Of a stretch of DNA of 64,000 nucleotides, positions 7,399 through 16,193 are shown one piece after another. The notes beneath the pieces were generated by a model, which did no database searches, was not told where the DNA came from, and was given only the letters and a program-made list of their open reading frames with translations. The position numbers and the translations under genes were made by a program. Position 1 is the stretch's first letter; each line of letters opens with the position of its first letter. Source of the stretch: an uncultured Eubacteriales bacterium (lineage in GTDB: Bacteria > Bacillota > Clostridia > Oscillospirales > CAG-272); assembly GCA_934446065.1 (NCBI GenBank), contig CAKSDP010000006.1, positions 11,032 through 75,031 on the forward strand. Reading direction: 5' to 3'.

Positions 7399-9933
7399 AT
7401 GAAAAAGTATAACGTAACCGGAATGAGCTGCGCGGCGTGCAGCTCGAGAGTTGAGAAAGCGGTTTCAGCTGTTGACGGCGTTCAGTCGTGCACTGTGAAT
7501 CTGCTCACGAATTCCATGATGGTCGAAGGCACAGCCGCGCCCGATGCGATAATTAAGGCGGTGACTGACGCGGGTTACGGCGCGAGCGAGGCGGGAAAGA
7601 AATCCTCGTCTTCCGACGACGGTACAAAGGAGATACGCGCGGCTGAGTCCGCACTCCGTACAAGGCTTATTGTCTCGGCAATATTCCTCGTTGTGCTCAT
7701 GTATTTTTCAATGGGTCACACAATGTGGAATTTCCCGCTTCCGTCACCCCTTGCCGAAAATCATGTCGCTATGGCGCTGATCCAGCTTCTTCTGACGACG
7801 GCGGTAATGGTCGTGAATCAGAAGTTCTTTATAAGCGGTGTGCGCGGGCTTATCCATCGCTCTCCCAACATGGATACGCTTGTCTCGCTCGGCGCAGGCG
7901 CAGCATATGTGTACAGCCTTTGGGCAATGTTTGAGATGACGTTTGCCGCCGCTGCGGGCGACCACGCCTCTGCCGTGCATTATATGCATGAGCTGTATTT
8001 CGAGTCGGCTGCCATGATCCTGACGCTTATAACGGTTGGTAAGGAGCTCGAGGCACATTCCAAGGGAAAGACCACCGACGCCCTGCGTTCGCTTATGGAT
8101 CTTGCTCCCAAGACCGCCGTCCTTGTCGATGAGAGCGGTGCTGAGCGCGAGGTTCCGATCGAGGATGTAAGCGTCGGCGACATTTTCGTCGTTCGTTCGG
8201 GCGCGTCAGTGCCAGTTGACGGCGTGATCCTCGACGGCTCTGCTGCAATCGACGAGTCTGCCCTCACGGGCGAGAGCGTCCCGGTCGAGAAAGGCGAGGG
8301 AGATCGCGTCTCTGCGGCGACCGTCAGCATGACCGGGTATATCCGCTGCCGCGCGACGGGTGTCGGCGAAGATACGGCGCTCGCACAGATTATCAGGATG
8401 GTCAGCGATGCGTCGGCGACAAAAGCGCCGATTGCAAAGGTCGCGGACAAGGTGTCGGGCGTTTTCGTGCCTGTTGTGATCGCAATTGCCGCTGTGACTA
8501 TCGCTGCATGGCTTATAGCAGGTGAGAGCGTCGGATACGCCCTTGCGCGCGGAATATCCGTGCTTGTCATAAGCTGTCCGTGTGCGCTCGGACTTGCCAC
8601 TCCCGTTGCGATAATGGTCGGCAACGGCGTCGGTGCACGTCACGGAATTCTCTTTAAGACAGCCGAGATTCTTGAGGCTGCCGGCAAAGTGAAAAATATC
8701 GCGCTCGACAAAACCGGTACGATAACCGAGGGCGTACCCGAGGTCACCGATGTTGTTCCGATAGGGAATAATAGCGCGGATGAGCTGCTCCGCACAGCGC
8801 TTTCGCTTGAAGCGCGAAGTGAGCATCCGCTTGCAGGTGCCGTAATGCGCGAGGGAGAGCGACTCGGCGCCGTCGTTCCCGAGATTGAAGATTTTAAGGT
8901 CGCGCCCGGCGGCGGTGTCAGCGGCGTGCTTGACGGCGAAGCCGTGTTCGGAGGTAACGCACGATATCTCACAGAGGTGGGATGCGACGTATCCCCTGCG
9001 GCACAGTCAGCAAAGGAGCTTGCCGACAGCGGCAAGACCCCCCTTATGTTTGCGAAAGACAGACAGATCATCGGTATCATTGCTACGGCTGACCGCATTC
9101 GTCCCGACAGCGCCGAGGCTATCGGTGAGCTGAAGGATATGGGCATCCACGTCGTAATGCTCACCGGCGACAATAAAAACACAGCCGCGCTCATCGGTCG
9201 TGAGTCTGGAGTTGATGAGATTATAGCCGATGTCCTGCCGGACGCCAAGGAAGCGGTCGTAGCCGAGCTGTCGAAGAAGGGCAGTACAGCAATGGTCGGC
9301 GACGGTATCAACGATTCGCCGGCGCTTACCCGTGCGGATGTCGGTATCGCGGTCGGCGCAGGAACGGATATCGCCATTGATTCCGCCGATATAGTTCTGA
9401 TGAACAGCTCGCTTGCCGATGTCCCGGCAGCAGTGCGGCTCAGCCGCGCGACACTGCGCAATATTCACGAAAACCTGTTCTGGGCGTTCATTTACAACGT
9501 GATCGGAATCCCGTTTGCAGCGGGCGTCTTTGTGCCCCTGCTCGGCTGGGAGCTGAATCCGATGTTCGCGGCAGCCGCAATGAGCCTTTCGAGCTTCTGT
9601 GTCGTGACAAACGCCCTTCGCCTGAATTTTGTAAAGCTTAAAAAGAACAATAACACAAAGACTCCGAGCGGCGGTAAGTCCGCACTCGGAAATACTGAGA
9701 TTAGATCAAAAGGAGAGAATGAAACCATGAAAAAGACACTGAACGTTGAGGGAATGATGTGCGCGCATTGTGAGGGACGCGTTAAGGCTGCTCTCGAGGC
9801 GATCGACGGAGTCGAGTCCGCCGTAGCGGATCACAACAGTGCAACTGCCGTTGTGACGCTGTCACACGACGTTGCGGATGATGTGCTCGTCGCCGCTGTA
9901 ACAGAGCAGGGCTACAAGGCTAAGATCGCATGA
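7399..9933 (+). CDS. copA: Copper-translocating P1B-type ATPase with N-terminal and C-terminal HMA domains
   Basis: GMSCAACSSRVEKA (N-terminal HMA), TGES, the SCPCALGLATP (CPC) motif, DKTGT, GDGINDSPAL, and a second HMA (GMMCAHCEGRVKAALE) at the C-terminus. Confidence 0.95.
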   Translation: MKKYNVTGMSCAACSSRVEKAVSAVDGVQSCTVNLLTNSMMVEGTAAPDAIIKAVTDAGYGASEAGKKSSSSDDGTKEIRAAESALRTRLIVSAIFLVVLMYFSMGHTMWNFPLPSPLAENHVAMALIQLLLTTAVMVVNQKFFISGVRGLIHRSPNMDTLVSLGAGAAYVYSLWAMFEMTFAAAAGDHASAVHYMHELYFESAAMILTLITVGKELEAHSKGKTTDALRSLMDLAPKTAVLVDESGAEREVPIEDVSVGDIFVVRSGASVPVDGVILDGSAAIDESALTGESVPVEKGEGDRVSAATVSMTGYIRCRATGVGEDTALAQIIRMVSDASATKAPIAKVADKVSGVFVPVVIAIAAVTIAAWLIAGESVGYALARGISVLVISCPCALGLATPVAIMVGNGVGARHGILFKTAEILEAAGKVKNIALDKTGTITEGVPEVTDVVPIGNNSADELLRTALSLEARSEHPLAGAVMREGERLGAVVPEIEDFKVAPGGGVSGVLDGEAVFGGNARYLTEVGCDVSPAAQSAKELADSGKTPLMFAKDRQIIGIIATADRIRPDSAEAIGELKDMGIHVVMLTGDNKNTAALIGRESGVDEIIADVLPDAKEAVVAELSKKGSTAMVGDGINDSPALTRADVGIAVGAGTDIAIDSADIVLMNSSLADVPAAVRLSRATLRNIHENLFWAFIYNVIGIPFAAGVFVPLLGWELNPMFAAAAMSLSSFCVVTNALRLNFVKLKKNNNTKTPSGGKSALGNTEIRSKGENETMKKTLNVEGMMCAHCEGRVKAALEAIDGVESAVADHNSATAVVTLSHDVADDVLVAAVTEQGYKAKIA

Positions 9934-9941
9934 GGGCATTT

Positions 9942-11462
9942 ATGAAACTTTTCGATATCGCTGAAAGGAGATCCACCGTGCGCAGAACTGTAAGAGCTAT
10001 TGCAGCCGCTTTGTCCGCAATACTGTTTCTTGCGGTGCCGTCCGCAGCATATTCGCCGCTTCCGCCGTCCGATACGATCGCGGCAATGTCGAAATACGAC
10101 GGCAGGGAATACGGCATCGTGACGCCGGTACGCGACCAGGGATCGACGAATCTCTGTTGGGCATACTCATCTATCGCAGCCGCAGAAACGAGCATTCTGC
10201 GCTCCGGCATCGCCGAGACGACACCGACACTGAATCCCCTCGCCGCCGCATACCGCACAGTCAGACGCGGCGAGGATCCGCTCGGAAATACGAGCGGCGA
10301 CTGGCAAAGCGTTGATTTTACCGCACAGACCGGCAGTGCGTTGAAGATCGCAAAGATATTTTCGATGTGGTGGGGACCTACGACCGATACGCGCGCCGAT
10401 GCCGATCCCTTTGCCGATCCCGCATACAGATTTGAAAACGCATTTTATATCCCGGAGAATAAGGACGACCCGAACGCCGGTATTGCTGCCATTAAATCTG
10501 CAATAGCCGAGTACGGTGCGGTAACATTCCAGTATAACAATCTGCGTGAAACGCAGTATTACAATCCCAAGAATGAGCGCGGAGCGTCGTCGTCTCCGCA
10601 CGCCTGCACTCTCATAGGGTGGGACGACACGATTCCTGCGGAGAAATTCGTACCGGACGGCGCATCGTGTGACGGCGGATGGCTCGTCAAAAACAGTTAC
10701 AGCTCCTGCGAATACTTTTGGCTCTCATACGATAATACGAGTACAAACACATATGCATTCACCTTCGCCCCGGCGGATAAGTATGACTTCAACTACTATT
10801 ACGACGGGAATATGGATGATTTTGCGCTGAGAAGCGACAAGGTCTGTGCCAATGTTTACAAGGCTGCGGGCGCGACAGCAGGGAAGTTTGAGTACCTTCG
10901 CGCTGTGAATGTCGCAGTTTCAGGAGAAAATGTTCGTGTCGAGGCCGAGATATACAAAAATCTCGACTACCCGTTCGGCGGGCAGAGCGATGTTCCCGTG
11001 TCCGGCGGAGTGTCAGCCGCAAAAATCGTGAAAGAGTTCGAGCACGGCGGATACGTAACGCTCGAAACGGAAGAGCCTGTGCGGCTCGATCCGGGCGAGT
11101 GGTTCTCGGTCATTGTCAGAGTATCAAATCCCACCGGGGTTGCAAGGATCGTCACCGCCTATAAGGGCACGAAGAATCTCTCGTATGTTCCGAGCGGAGA
11201 TAATTGGAACAAGCTCGGGAATTTTGTGGCACGGATCAAAGCATATACAACACTTGAGGAGGAGACTAAGATCGTCGGCGACGCAAACGGCGACGGCATC
11301 GTCGATTCGCGCGACGCGGCACAGATATACCGCAGACTTGCCGGATGGGATGTAACCCTTGACTCGGAATCAGCCGACGTTAACGGTGACGGCGAGGTAA
11401 ACTCAAAGGATGCAGCGATGATAAGCCGCAAGGTCGCCGGCTGGAGCGAGAACTTCGGATAA
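9942..11462 (+). CDS. Secreted papain-like (C1 family) cysteine peptidase with a C-terminal type-I-like dockerin
   Basis: Signal peptide ...AILFLAVPSAAYS. Catalytic context DQGSTNLCWAYS, HACTLIGWDD and WLVKNSY. Two dockerin repeats: GDANGDGIVDSRDAAQIYRRLAGW and ADVNGDGEVNSKDAAMISRKVAGW. The ORF's first ATG (9930) overlaps the copA stop. ATG 9942 gives the better signal peptide. Confidence 0.85.
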   Translation: MKLFDIAERRSTVRRTVRAIAAALSAILFLAVPSAAYSPLPPSDTIAAMSKYDGREYGIVTPVRDQGSTNLCWAYSSIAAAETSILRSGIAETTPTLNPLAAAYRTVRRGEDPLGNTSGDWQSVDFTAQTGSALKIAKIFSMWWGPTTDTRADADPFADPAYRFENAFYIPENKDDPNAGIAAIKSAIAEYGAVTFQYNNLRETQYYNPKNERGASSSPHACTLIGWDDTIPAEKFVPDGASCDGGWLVKNSYSSCEYFWLSYDNTSTNTYAFTFAPADKYDFNYYYDGNMDDFALRSDKVCANVYKAAGATAGKFEYLRAVNVAVSGENVRVEAEIYKNLDYPFGGQSDVPVSGGVSAAKIVKEFEHGGYVTLETEEPVRLDPGEWFSVIVRVSNPTGVARIVTAYKGTKNLSYVPSGDNWNKLGNFVARIKAYTTLEEETKIVGDANGDGIVDSRDAAQIYRRLAGWDVTLDSESADVNGDGEVNSKDAAMISRKVAGWSENFG

Positions 11463-11481
11463 GGATATTGTCAGTAATACT

Positions 11482-11844
11482 ATGAAATATATAAAGCAGT
11501 TCTGTATAATACTTGTGATCTCCCTTGCGGGGGAGATCTTCAACTACATCATACCGCTCCCGATACCGGCGAGCATCTACGGGCTTCTCATCATGCTTGC
11601 GTGCCTTTGCACCGGCGTGATCTCGCCGACAACGGTCAAGGATACGGCGCATTTTCTTATAGAGATCATGCCGCTCATGTTTATTGCTCCTGCCGTCGGG
11701 CTCATAGCGTCGTGGGACGTGATCCGTCCGAAGGCGCTATGTTATGTCATTATAACCGCTGTGTCTACATTCGCGGTGATGATAGTCTCCGGGCGCGTGA
11801 CACAGGCGGTTCTGCGCCATGAAAAGCGGGGGGACGACAAGTGA
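11482..11844 (+). CDS. lrgA: CidA/LrgA-family holin-like protein
   Basis: 120 aa with four TM helices and the pattern IPLPIPASIYGLLIMLACL...MPLMFIAPAVG. It overlaps the lrgB start by 4 nt (GTGA). Confidence 0.85.
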   Translation: MKYIKQFCIILVISLAGEIFNYIIPLPIPASIYGLLIMLACLCTGVISPTTVKDTAHFLIEIMPLMFIAPAVGLIASWDVIRPKALCYVIITAVSTFAVMIVSGRVTQAVLRHEKRGDDK

Positions 11845-12533
11845 AAGAACTGTTTGAGAATTCGGTGTTCTTCGGCGTTACCGTGAGCCTTCTTACCTAT
11901 CTCGCCGGATCGTATCTGCACAAGAAATTCAAGCTTGCAATATTCAACCCGCTTCTTGTTTCCATCGTCTTAACGATCGTGATACTCCTCGTCTCTCGCA
12001 TAGATTATGCGGCGTATAATGAGGGCGCAAAGTATCTCACCTATCTTCTTACCCCGGCAACGGTCGCTCTTGCGGTTCCCCTGTACGAAAAGCTCAGCCT
12101 CTTGAAGCAGAACTGGAAAGCGATATTCTGCGGCATATTGTCCGGTGTCTTGACGACGCTGTGTTCCGTATTTGCGATGAGCCTTGCTTTTTCGCTCACC
12201 CATGCGGAATATGTGACGTTTCTGCCGAAGTCGATTACTACTGCAATAGGTATGGGAGTGTCGGAGGAGCTTGGCGGATACGTCGGGCTTACCGCCGCGA
12301 TAATTATAGTGACCGGAGTGCTCGGAAATGCGACTGCACCTGCAATATGTAAGCTGTTCCGCATTACCGATCCGATTGCGAAGGGAATAGCAATTGGTAC
12401 CTCATCGCACGCCGCCGGTACGGCAAAAGCGATGGAGATGGGCGAGGTAGAGGGCGCAATGAGCAGCCTCGCAATCGTCGTTGCCGGTATACTTACAGTT
12501 GTCGGCGCGTCTGTATTTGCTGAGTTTCTGTAA
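11841..12533 (+). CDS. lrgB: LrgB/CidB-family membrane protein
   Basis: 230 aa with the typical TTAIGMGVSEELGG and TGVLGN motifs. Translationally coupled to lrgA. Confidence 0.9.
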   Translation: MKELFENSVFFGVTVSLLTYLAGSYLHKKFKLAIFNPLLVSIVLTIVILLVSRIDYAAYNEGAKYLTYLLTPATVALAVPLYEKLSLLKQNWKAIFCGILSGVLTTLCSVFAMSLAFSLTHAEYVTFLPKSITTAIGMGVSEELGGYVGLTAAIIIVTGVLGNATAPAICKLFRITDPIAKGIAIGTSSHAAGTAKAMEMGEVEGAMSSLAIVVAGILTVVGASVFAEFL

Positions 12534-12561
12534 TAGAATACATCCATGACTATCAAAAAAA

Positions 12562-12610
12562 TGCAAATCACCGGGATCGTCCGCTGTGGGCGTTTCCCGG
12601 TGATTTTTTG
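12562..12610. terminator. Bidirectional terminator between lrgB and spoVT
   Basis: Stem ATCACCGGGA (12567-12576) pairs with TCCCGGTGAT (12595-12604). A T5 run lies downstream on the plus strand and an A-rich run lies upstream. Confidence 0.75.
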
Positions 12611-12641
12611 TACAGCGTTTTTTCGGATAGCAGCGTAAATA

Positions 12642-13190
12642 TCAGCTCTCGAGCTGGCGTCCGAGAAATCCGGCAGCAGTCTGTATCAGCTTTGATTCAA
12701 GCTCCGCGTTCAGAGACTGAGCGGCATCTCCGCCTTCCGTGTAGACAGATGCTACGACACCTGCCACATCCCCCTCGGCAATAATAGGCATCGCACAGCT
12801 GATACGCGCCGCGCCGCCCTCCGTGACCGATACGATCTCCTCACCGTCGGATACAAAGAGCGCACGCCCTTCAATGATAGCTTCAAGCTCAGGCGTAAGC
12901 TTGTGTTCAAAGTATTCCTTGCGCGGTACGCCGGCGCACGCGATCACAGTGTCTCTGTCACAAATGACTACCGCAATGCGGCACGTCTTGTGAAGTGTTT
13001 CGGCATATTCTCCGGCGAACGAGGCAAGCTCGCCGATCGGCGAATACTTCTTGAATATAACTTCTCCGTCACGATCCGTGTATATTTCAAGCGGGTCGCC
13101 CTCGCGAATACGCATAGTGCGTCTGATTTCCTTGGGGATGACAACGCGCCCGAGGTCATCAATTCTACGCACGATTCCGGTTGCTTTCAT
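12642..13190 (-). CDS. spoVT: Stage V sporulation protein T (AbrB-family transcription regulator)
   Basis: MKATGIVRRIDDLGRVVIPKEIRRTMRIREGDPLEIY is an AbrB/SpoVT swapped-hairpin N-domain, followed by a GAF-like C-domain. It is 182 aa from ATG 13190, which has GGAG 8 nt upstream. The listed start at 13343 adds 51 implausible residues. Confidence 0.9.
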   Translation of the reverse strand: MKATGIVRRIDDLGRVVIPKEIRRTMRIREGDPLEIYTDRDGEVIFKKYSPIGELASFAGEYAETLHKTCRIAVVICDRDTVIACAGVPRKEYFEHKLTPELEAIIEGRALFVSDGEEIVSVTEGGAARISCAMPIIAEGDVAGVVASVYTEGGDAAQSLNAELESKLIQTAAGFLGRQLES

Positions 13191-13315
13191 ATATAAAATC
13201 TCCTGTATTGTAAAACTGTTTCCGCTGTTATTGTTCGTATTTATTATAAAATTATACCTTTGAAGCCATGTCGCCGCGCATCGGAAAAACAAGGAAATTT
13301 TATAATATGTCACCG

Positions 13316-13360
13316 CAAAACAAAGAACCCCTGCAATGTGCATCTTCGCATTACAGGGGT
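13316..13360 (-). terminator. Rho-independent terminator after the permease gene
   Basis: Stem CCCCTGCAATG (13328-13338) pairs with CATTACAGGGG (13349-13359), with one G-U pair on the transcribed strand. It is followed on the minus strand by ttctttgttttg. Confidence 0.8.
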
Positions 13361-13377
13361 GAAAATTTGAAGTTGTC

Positions 13378-14643
13378 TCAGACCGTCAAGCTGTAAAACA
13401 ACGGGACGAGCGTTATTATAAGCGCGTAGTTTATAACGTCAAGAATAAAATTGTGCTTAAAGTAGTCGTTGAATCTGTATCCTGCGACCATGGACATACC
13501 GAGCGTTGAGCTTGCGAGCGGGCAGCTGAGCGCCGCGCCCGATGCGATTGTTATTCCGAGTGCAAAAGGGTACGGGTCAAGCCCTATCTTCGGTGCGATC
13601 GACAGCAGGATCGGCAGGACGATCATGATCGCGGTTGAGTTCGAGATAAACTGGCTTGTGAGCTGCACCAGCAGAACGAGAATACAGAACAGAAGATACG
13701 GATCAATCGAGCTGCCGACTATCCTCTCAAATGATTCCGAGATCAGCTTTGTGCCACCGGCAGATTCAAGTGCCTTCGCGATACCGAGGCATCCGGCAAG
13801 CCTGCCGACAATGTCCCAGTTTACCGCCGCCACCGCTTTTTTCTGCGTGATTCCGCTTGTTATGATGCACAAGAGCGCCGCAGATGTGCTTGTCACGGCG
13901 AGCGGCAGCCACTCTGTAATATAGAGTACCACAGTTAAAATAAATATCACAGCGACTGTGATCATCCGGCTTCGTTTGTATTCGTGAGCGCGGCTACTCG
14001 TCTCGTAGTCACTGTTTTCCGGGCGATCGCCCCAGACCTTTTTTGCAAGAACACGACCGATCGTAAGACAGTATACAAGTCCTGCCATAACGATGATACC
14101 GCCGATGGGAGTGAAATCAAATGTTTTGAAAAGCCGCACGCTCGCATCTTCGAGAAGCCCCTGCGCGGTCATCTGCTGCGTTGATCCGACAAGCGTTGAT
14201 GTTCCGCCGAGAACGCAGCCGATCGCGATCGGCATGATGAGGTTGCGTCCGCGCACTTCACCCGACATGGACAGTCCCATGACTATCGGGATGAACACCG
14301 CGAGTACAGCCGAATTTGTTAGAAATGCGGACATCAGCGCCGAGACGATATACGTTCCTATAATGAGTTTGGTCTCGGAGCCTTTTGCAACATTGATGAT
14401 CCAGCGGCCTACCGTCGCGGCAAGCCCGGATTCGGATATAGCCGCTCCGATCACCATTACACCGATGGTAAGGATGACTGTGCTTGACGCCATCTGACCG
14501 AAAGCGGTCTTGAAGTCGCAAACTCCGAATACCACCAGGAGAACGCATCCCAGTATGGCTGTCGTTGCCATGGGGAGCTTGTCAATGACAAACAGCACGA
14601 TACAAGCGGCAAATATTATAAGGGAAATCACATCGGTACCCAT
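13378..14643 (-). CDS. ArsB/NhaD-superfamily (SLC13/DASS-like) anion permease
   Basis: About 12 TM helices with SLC13-type N-terminal pattern LPMATTAILGCVLLVVFGV...ISESGLA. Start moved to ATG 14643 (MGTDVISL), which sits behind GAAAGTGAGGA. Confidence 0.6.
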   Translation of the reverse strand: MGTDVISLIIFAACIVLFVIDKLPMATTAILGCVLLVVFGVCDFKTAFGQMASSTVILTIGVMVIGAAISESGLAATVGRWIINVAKGSETKLIIGTYIVSALMSAFLTNSAVLAVFIPIVMGLSMSGEVRGRNLIMPIAIGCVLGGTSTLVGSTQQMTAQGLLEDASVRLFKTFDFTPIGGIIVMAGLVYCLTIGRVLAKKVWGDRPENSDYETSSRAHEYKRSRMITVAVIFILTVVLYITEWLPLAVTSTSAALLCIITSGITQKKAVAAVNWDIVGRLAGCLGIAKALESAGGTKLISESFERIVGSSIDPYLLFCILVLLVQLTSQFISNSTAIMIVLPILLSIAPKIGLDPYPFALGITIASGAALSCPLASSTLGMSMVAGYRFNDYFKHNFILDVINYALIITLVPLFYSLTV

Positions 14644-14736
14644 TCTCGGATCCTCACTTTCGTATGTGTTACAGTCATTCTGAACGAGGTACAAGGGAAT
14701 ACCGGGGAAATTTGCGGGGCGGGGAACAGGTGCGCT

Positions 14737-16104
14737 TTACGATTTCATGTATTTGTCCGCACGCTTAAGCGTATGCGCGAGGAATGTGGAGCTGAGCGCA
14801 AGTGAAACGGTCTCGGCAATCGGGAACGCAAGCCATATAAGCGTGAGATTGCCCGTGCGCGAGAGAAGCCATGCGGCGGGGAGGAGCACCACGAGCTGAC
14901 GGCACACGGAAACGATGAGACTGTGCAGCGGGTTTCCGATCGCCTGACATACCGATCCTGCGATAATGCAGAATCCTGCGAGCAGGTAGTGCGTACCGAT
15001 AATGCGCAGCGCAGGCACACCGATCCGCAGCATATCGTCTGACGCGTTAAAAATAAGTAGCAGCTTGTCCGGTATCAGCTCAAAAAGCAACATTCCGACA
15101 AGCATTATTGCAATAGCGGTGATGATCGTAAGCCTTATCGTGCGTCTGACGCGTTCTGCGCGCTTTGCGCCGTAATTGTACGCGATAATCGGTACCATGC
15201 CGTTATTAAGCCCGAATACGGGCATGAAAATGAAGCTCTGGAGCTTGAAGTACGCGCCGAATACAGCGGTAGCAGTTGTGGTGAAGCCGATGAGTATTTT
15301 ATTCATACCGAACGTCATGACCGATCCGATGCTCTGCATGATTATCGTCGGAAGACCTATGCGGTATATATTCTTCACCGTTTCTCCGTGAAAACGGATC
15401 TCGCGGAAATGTATGTGAATTTCCGGGTTTTTGAAAATGTTGAAGATGATCGCGACAATAGCGGCGATGATCTGTCCCGCAACCGTGGCGATCGCGGCGC
15501 CGGCAACCTCAAGACGAGGAAAGCCGCAGAGACCGAATATCAGGATCGGATCAAGAATAATGTTGATCAGCGCACCGATGAGCTGCGTGCACATTGCGAG
15601 AAACGTCCGTCCGGTCGATTGCAGCAGACGCTCAAAGCAGAACTGAAAGAATATTCCGATGGAGAAGCACAGGCAGATGGATGTATAGCTCTCGCCGTAG
15701 GAGATGATCGCGGGCACGTCGGTCTGAAGCGCGAAAAACGTGCGCGAGAAAAAGATTCCGATAAGCATGAATACAACGAAGTTGCAGATCGCGAGGAAAA
15801 TTCCCGTATTTGCAGCTTTATCGGCAGCCTCCTGTTCTTTTGCACCGAGTGCGCGTGAGAGGATCGCGTTCATTCCGACGGCTGTACCGCCGCCGAATGC
15901 TATCATAAGGTTCTGAAGCGGAAAGGCGAGCGAGATCGCGTTGAACGCGTCCTCGCTGAGCTTTGCAACAAAAAAGCTGTCAACAACGTTATAGAATGCC
16001 TGTACGAGCATGGAGATCATCATAGGGATCGCCATTGAAAAAAGCAGCTTTGCTACGGGCATTGTGCCCATTTTATTTTCTTTCGGTGCTAAGGTATTGT
16101 CCAT
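14737..16104 (-). CDS. MATE-family efflux transporter
   Basis: N-terminus ...PVAKLLFSMAIPMMISMLVQAFYNVVDSFFVAKL, 12 TM helices and typical MATE length. ATG 16104 has a GAAGGAG RBS. Confidence 0.9.
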   Translation of the reverse strand: MDNTLAPKENKMGTMPVAKLLFSMAIPMMISMLVQAFYNVVDSFFVAKLSEDAFNAISLAFPLQNLMIAFGGGTAVGMNAILSRALGAKEQEAADKAANTGIFLAICNFVVFMLIGIFFSRTFFALQTDVPAIISYGESYTSICLCFSIGIFFQFCFERLLQSTGRTFLAMCTQLIGALINIILDPILIFGLCGFPRLEVAGAAIATVAGQIIAAIVAIIFNIFKNPEIHIHFREIRFHGETVKNIYRIGLPTIIMQSIGSVMTFGMNKILIGFTTTATAVFGAYFKLQSFIFMPVFGLNNGMVPIIAYNYGAKRAERVRRTIRLTIITAIAIMLVGMLLFELIPDKLLLIFNASDDMLRIGVPALRIIGTHYLLAGFCIIAGSVCQAIGNPLHSLIVSVCRQLVVLLPAAWLLSRTGNLTLIWLAFPIAETVSLALSSTFLAHTLKRADKYMKS

Positions 16105-16124
16105 TGGTTGCTCCTTCTGTAAAG

Positions 16125-16172
16125 TGAAAAGACGCACAAAGGCAGACCGCCGCGTCTGCGTCCGGTCTGCCT
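16125..16172 (-). terminator. Rho-independent terminator after the CapD-like gene
   Basis: 9-bp stem GGCAGACCG (16141-16149) pairs with CGGTCTGCC (16163-16171). Minus-strand tail is tttgtgcgtctttt. Confidence 0.7.
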
Positions 16173-16193
16173 TGAGTGACGCATAAAATATTT

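Noticed and set aside
13226-13258. Forespore (sigma-G/F-type) promoter upstream of spoVT (GTATA ... CAATAA)
   Set aside because: The spacing is 19 nt and the -10 match is poor. I cannot distinguish it from chance in an AT-rich gap, so it is not reported as a feature.
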